NCBI RefSeq assembly: GCF_009914755.1
Contig: NC_060930.1
DNA from: the human T2T-CHM13v2.0 reference genome, Homo sapiens
Strand: one strand, 5' to 3'
DNA: 64,000 nucleotides
Part shown: positions 59,895 to 64,000 of the stretch, one piece after another
Numbering within the stretch: position 1 is the stretch's first letter
Layout of the letters: each line of letters starts with the position of its first letter
Notes under the pieces: generated by a model
What the model saw: only the letters and a program-made list of their open reading frames with translations
Told to the model about the DNA's origin: nothing
The model's database searches: none
Made by a program: the position numbers and the translations under genes

Positions 59895-61111
59895 CTGTGG
59901 GAATCCAAAGATGGCGTGATACGGAGAAGTCAGAATGTGGCCAAGCATCCTAAATCCATCGTCTGCGTCCCCTCTAGTGTGTTTTGTATCAGTGTCAGGA
60001 AGAATTAGCACTAACGTTTGGATGTTGATTTTATCCACACCAGGAAGAAAAAGTAGCCAACGAGTAGGTGGAGTCACTTTATCCAAAATATCGTATAACT
60101 TGGTCTTTAAATAGCATGATGAAAACTCGTTCTTATTAGGCACACATGTAGCAGCCCGCAACTCCTGCTTTCAATAATACGTGAATCTTTAGCTTGAATA
60201 AATTTTTACAATGCCAGAGGTAAAAAAGACATCCAAGGCTTACTGAAAAAAAGGTTTCAAAAACAATCATGTACCTAGGGCTGGTGAAAGAAAAAGCTCA
60301 GAAAATGCAACTTTTTTCAAAGCATCCTTCTTTGAACACGTGCTACCTTCACTGGAGTGTGCCTCCATTTTTGCATTTTTGGGTTGACTGAAAACCTTAA
60401 TTTTCATTCAGGCATAGAAGGTTAGTGGTGAGTGAGCTTTGGGACAGGCCTGCGGGACTCAGCATCCGAGGGGTCCTGCGCTCCACTGGTGTGGCTGGGA
60501 AGTCGGTCTAGACATGTGGCTGGCTTTTCAGTGTTGTTTCGTTTCTTGCCCAAATCTCTACCAAATATTCACCATCTCTCCAACACCCACGTCGCCAGAC
60601 CATGCACTTCTGAACTTCACGTGGCCTGGGCTCAGGACTTCCATTTAGATGTCATTTTCCATGAGTCTCTGGTCCAGATGGATAAAGGCACCCAGGAGAA
60701 AAAGCACCGCGGGAAGCCGAGGCAGCGGGTGTCCAGGTCCTTTCAGCAGAGGCCACGTGGAAGGGACTGTTAAGGGGCTGGTGGGGGAAGTTGGGAGGAA
60801 TGGGGAAAATGGAAGTGAATTATTTTGAGCCTGTTCAGACAATATGCTAGGAATGTTCTGGTTTTTATTTTGTTTTGTTTTGTTTTTTCTCAGCGTTGTG
60901 AAGGAGATACTATCATATCCTTTAACAGCCCTGGTGATGTTCGCTGCTCTGCACAGCACACGGTGACTACATCCCAGATCCAGAGCTGCGGAACTCCGGG
61001 GCCACGTCTCCAGCGCCGCATTCGGCGGCACACGGAGGCCTGAGAAGGCGGGAGGGGTCAGTCTCTGGCTTCGAGTAGCAGCAATACCAGGACAACCATA
61101 GCTGAGTCATG

Positions 61112-61191
61112 TCAAGATGAACCATATGGCATTACCATTTTTTCACAGGTCAGGGCAAAGAATACTGGTGAATTCATGGGTTTCAGCCTAA
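61112..61191. mobile_element. MADE2-like mariner MITE (80 bp)
   Basis: Degenerate TIRs tcaagatgaaccatatg...ttcatgggtttcagcctaa. Confidence 0.7.
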
Positions 61192-61239
61192 TTTAAAATG
61201 TGTGTATTCTTCAAAGTCTTTTAGGAGCGGTGGGGATTA

Positions 61240-62660
61240 AAAGGGCCGGCAGGGGCTCAGAGCTCCGTGGCTGGGTCTGGGGTCCCAGCTCTCATCAGTG
61301 ACATCGCCCCGCAGCCCCAGGGCGGCCGCAGCACCCGAGCTTCCTCGGCTTCACAGGAGGGAAGTGCTCCCTCGGAGACAAAATATTTTTCCCAAAAGGA
61401 GCAATTCATCTACTTGGCTATAAATCAGCAGCAGAAGCAGAGGGGCAGCGGGGAGGGGCGGGGTGGCCGCGGGGAGCTCAGTGCCCGGGGAGGGGTGGCC
61501 GCCGGGTGGACAGTGCACGGAGGAGCAGGGGGGCCATGGGCTGAGTCTGGGCCTGGACCCTGTCCAGCAGTCAGCGTGGCCATGAGGTGGGTGAGGACGG
61601 GCGGGAGTGGGAGACGCGCCTGCCAGGACAGCTTGGGGCTGCCGCGGGGGTGCCCCGGCCGCGCAGCGGAGCAGGATGGGCTGGAGTGCAGCCGGGGAGC
61701 GGGTACCCGGCGTCTCGGGGCTGCCCGGGCACCTGGCAAGCGTTTTTCGAGGCCTCCGTCCATCTGCGCCCCCGCCGCACCTTCCCCCACTCGGCGGCGG
61801 GTCCCCGGGGAGCGATGAGCCGCCCGTGCCTGGTGCGCTCGGATGCCCGGAGGTTTCTAGGACACCGAGGCTACCGGTGGGTATCGAATGCCCTCGAGTT
61901 GTTCACGGTCCGGCGTGGGTTCCAAAAACCGCCTTTGGTGAAACAAGGCGCCCTCGGAGCCGCCCCGCATCGGGGTGTGCCCGGGCCTGGTCCCCGCAGG
62001 TGGCTCTCGGGGCCGGTTCTCGGTGCCGCCGGTTCTCGGTGCCACCAGTTCTCGGTGCCGCCGGTTCTCGGTGCCGACGGTTCTCGGTGCCGGTTCTCAG
62101 TGCCGGTTCTCGGTGCTGCCGGTTCTCGGTGCTGCCGATTCTCGGTGCTGCCGGTTCTCGGTGCTGCCGGTTCTTGGTGCCGGTTCTCGGTGCTGCCGGT
62201 TCTCGGTGCCGCCGGTTCTCGGTGCCGCCGGTTCTCAGTGCCGGTTCTCAGTGCTGCCGGTTCTCGGTGCCGGTTCTCGGTGCTGCCGGTTCTCGGTGCT
62301 GCCGATTCTCGGTGCCGCCGGTTCTCGGTGCCGCCGGTTCTTGGTGCCGGTTCTCAGTGCCGGTTCTCAGTGCTGCCGGTTCTCGGTGCCGGTTCTCGGT
62401 GCTGCCGGTTCTCGGTGCTGGTTCTCGGTGCCGCCGGTTCTCGGTGCCGCCGGTTCTCGGTGCTGCCGGTTTTCCGTGCTGACGGTTCTCGGTGCCGGTT
62501 CTCGGTGCCGGTTCTCGGTGCTGCCGGTTCTCGGTGCTGGTTCTCGGTGCTGCCGGTTCTCGGTGCTGCCAGTTCTCGGTGCTGCCCCCGCCCCCCAGGC
62601 AGGACCCACCACCCCCTCTGCTCTGCCCGCAGCGACCCTGTCCCTGCAGGCCCCGCGCCC
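61240..62660. promoter_or_regulatory. CpG island, candidate promoter (TATAAAT at 61419, GC boxes ~61450-61500)
   Basis: Very high GC and CpG density in unique sequence and in the adjoining VNTR. Confidence 0.75.
62013..62585 (+). repeat. CpG-rich VNTR of 13-bp (ccggttctcggtg) and 16-bp (plus ctg or ccg) units
   Basis: Direct reading. Confidence 0.98.
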
Positions 62661-64000
62661 CAAAGACCAGGGACCTCGCCCATCCAGGTTCCTAAATATG
62701 AAGGAAATGGCGGTCAAGGACAGGAAAGAGTAGGTTTTCGTTATCTTAGTGAAATGAATGGGGGCTCAGTAGATGATTCTGGTTTCGAGAACTCTCGCTG
62801 CCCCCATCTCCTGGCACTGACTCCTCAGCCACCAGCGGGGAGCTGTGCAGAGCCCGGGGACTCACTGGGGTGGGTGGAGAACGTGTCCTGTCACCCAGAG
62901 CCACCAACAAATGCCACTTTCTACGTGTGCTGAGACCTTCGAAATATCAGGGATGTCTGATGGGAGCTTTAATCATTACTTTCTGAAAAAAAAATCTCTA
63001 TCTCTATCTGTATCCATATATACACTGAGCTAGTTTACGTGGTGTATAAGAGGGGTTTCTCTCTTGCTTATTGGGGTATGTTTCTATGGTGTTTATTTCT
63101 TCCCTTCACTTATGTTTATTTTATTTAAATATTGACTATAGTATTTTATGGTAACACCAATAAATCATGGGTCTTTTCCCTAAATTCTCCCTGCATGGCT
63201 CTAAAAGATAAAGGCCTATTCTCAGGGAGCCACGAAGTCATTACTGAACTCAGTACAATTTTTAAAAGACTTAAAACTATCCAACCCCTACTTCATTTTC
63301 AAATGTTCACCTAATGATCCCAGTGAAAGTGAAAGCAGAAGACATTGATTAGGCTTTGCCTCTGATAGAGAGTCTCCCACTTTGGGAGGAAAATTCTGGA
63401 AGCTGTTCTAAGCCATAGGGAAGCCTCAGGTCACTGCCTGCTGGGAAAAAACAATGGAAGCAGGAGGACGATTTGTAGGACTTTACAGTGCTGGTCTTGC
63501 AGAGGCATCACTTCCAAGGTCAAGGAAGGCAGCTTTGAAAAGGGAGCCTCCCACTTGGAGTCTGGGTGGTGAAAACAAGCGAGAAACACTAAAGATAATG
63601 AAATCAATGAACTCACACAACCGAAGCGGGGACAGAAAGAGAATGATTTATTTTTAAGAACAGCCCTTCACTATAGCAACAGAAGCATTTGAACTACGAA
63701 AGCAAGCAAGCCATCCAAACCCTTTCAAATTACCCAATTTAGTGACTGTTGTGGCAAATAAACAAAGGAACTCAACATACAAAGGAACTTTCAAAAATGA
63801 AAACAGAAAATGAGTATCTAAGTGTTTGAGAAGATTGTTTCTTCTTCATGAATTCAATATAATTGGATAAGAAATTTCAAAGTTAAATGTCATACTGAAT
63901 AAAAATTTAAAAAACTCTGACTAGACATGGGCAAATTGTAGAAAGATGTGACACGGAAAGTAATTTAAGTCCTGAAAGACACCATTAAGAGAGACAAAAA

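Overview
Repeat-dense primate genomic DNA, probably human or great ape (AluJ/AluS, L1PA, THE1/MST/MLT, MER4-group LTRs, MER30, Tigger2, MADE2). I recognise no cellular protein-coding gene. The only ORFs with recognisable homology are disrupted LINE-1 ORF1/ORF2 remnants, and the long ORFs at 27.8-29.8 kb and 61.6-62.9 kb are explained by stop-free GC-rich VNTRs. Main structures: (1) an ~11.5 kb LINE-1 nest at 12.2-23.7 kb containing a 5'-inverted L1PA2-4; (2) a two-LTR MLT1A-type MaLR provirus; (3) a cluster of ERV1-class solo LTRs at 40.5-46.5 kb with nested insertions and readable TSDs; (4) a near full-length old L1PA on the minus strand carrying a THE1 LTR and a templated-insertion scar; (5) three GC-rich VNTRs plus two minisatellites that start exactly at LTR ends; (6) a CpG island at ~61.2-62.7 kb with minus-strand splice signals downstream, suggesting an unidentified lncRNA. 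VNTR-rich sequence on a moderate-GC background suggests a distal chromosome arm (inference). I found no convincing novel biological system; the best observations are mutational-mechanism scars and candidate regulatory modules. Repeat subfamily names come from recalled consensus sequences and need RepeatMasker/Dfam confirmation.
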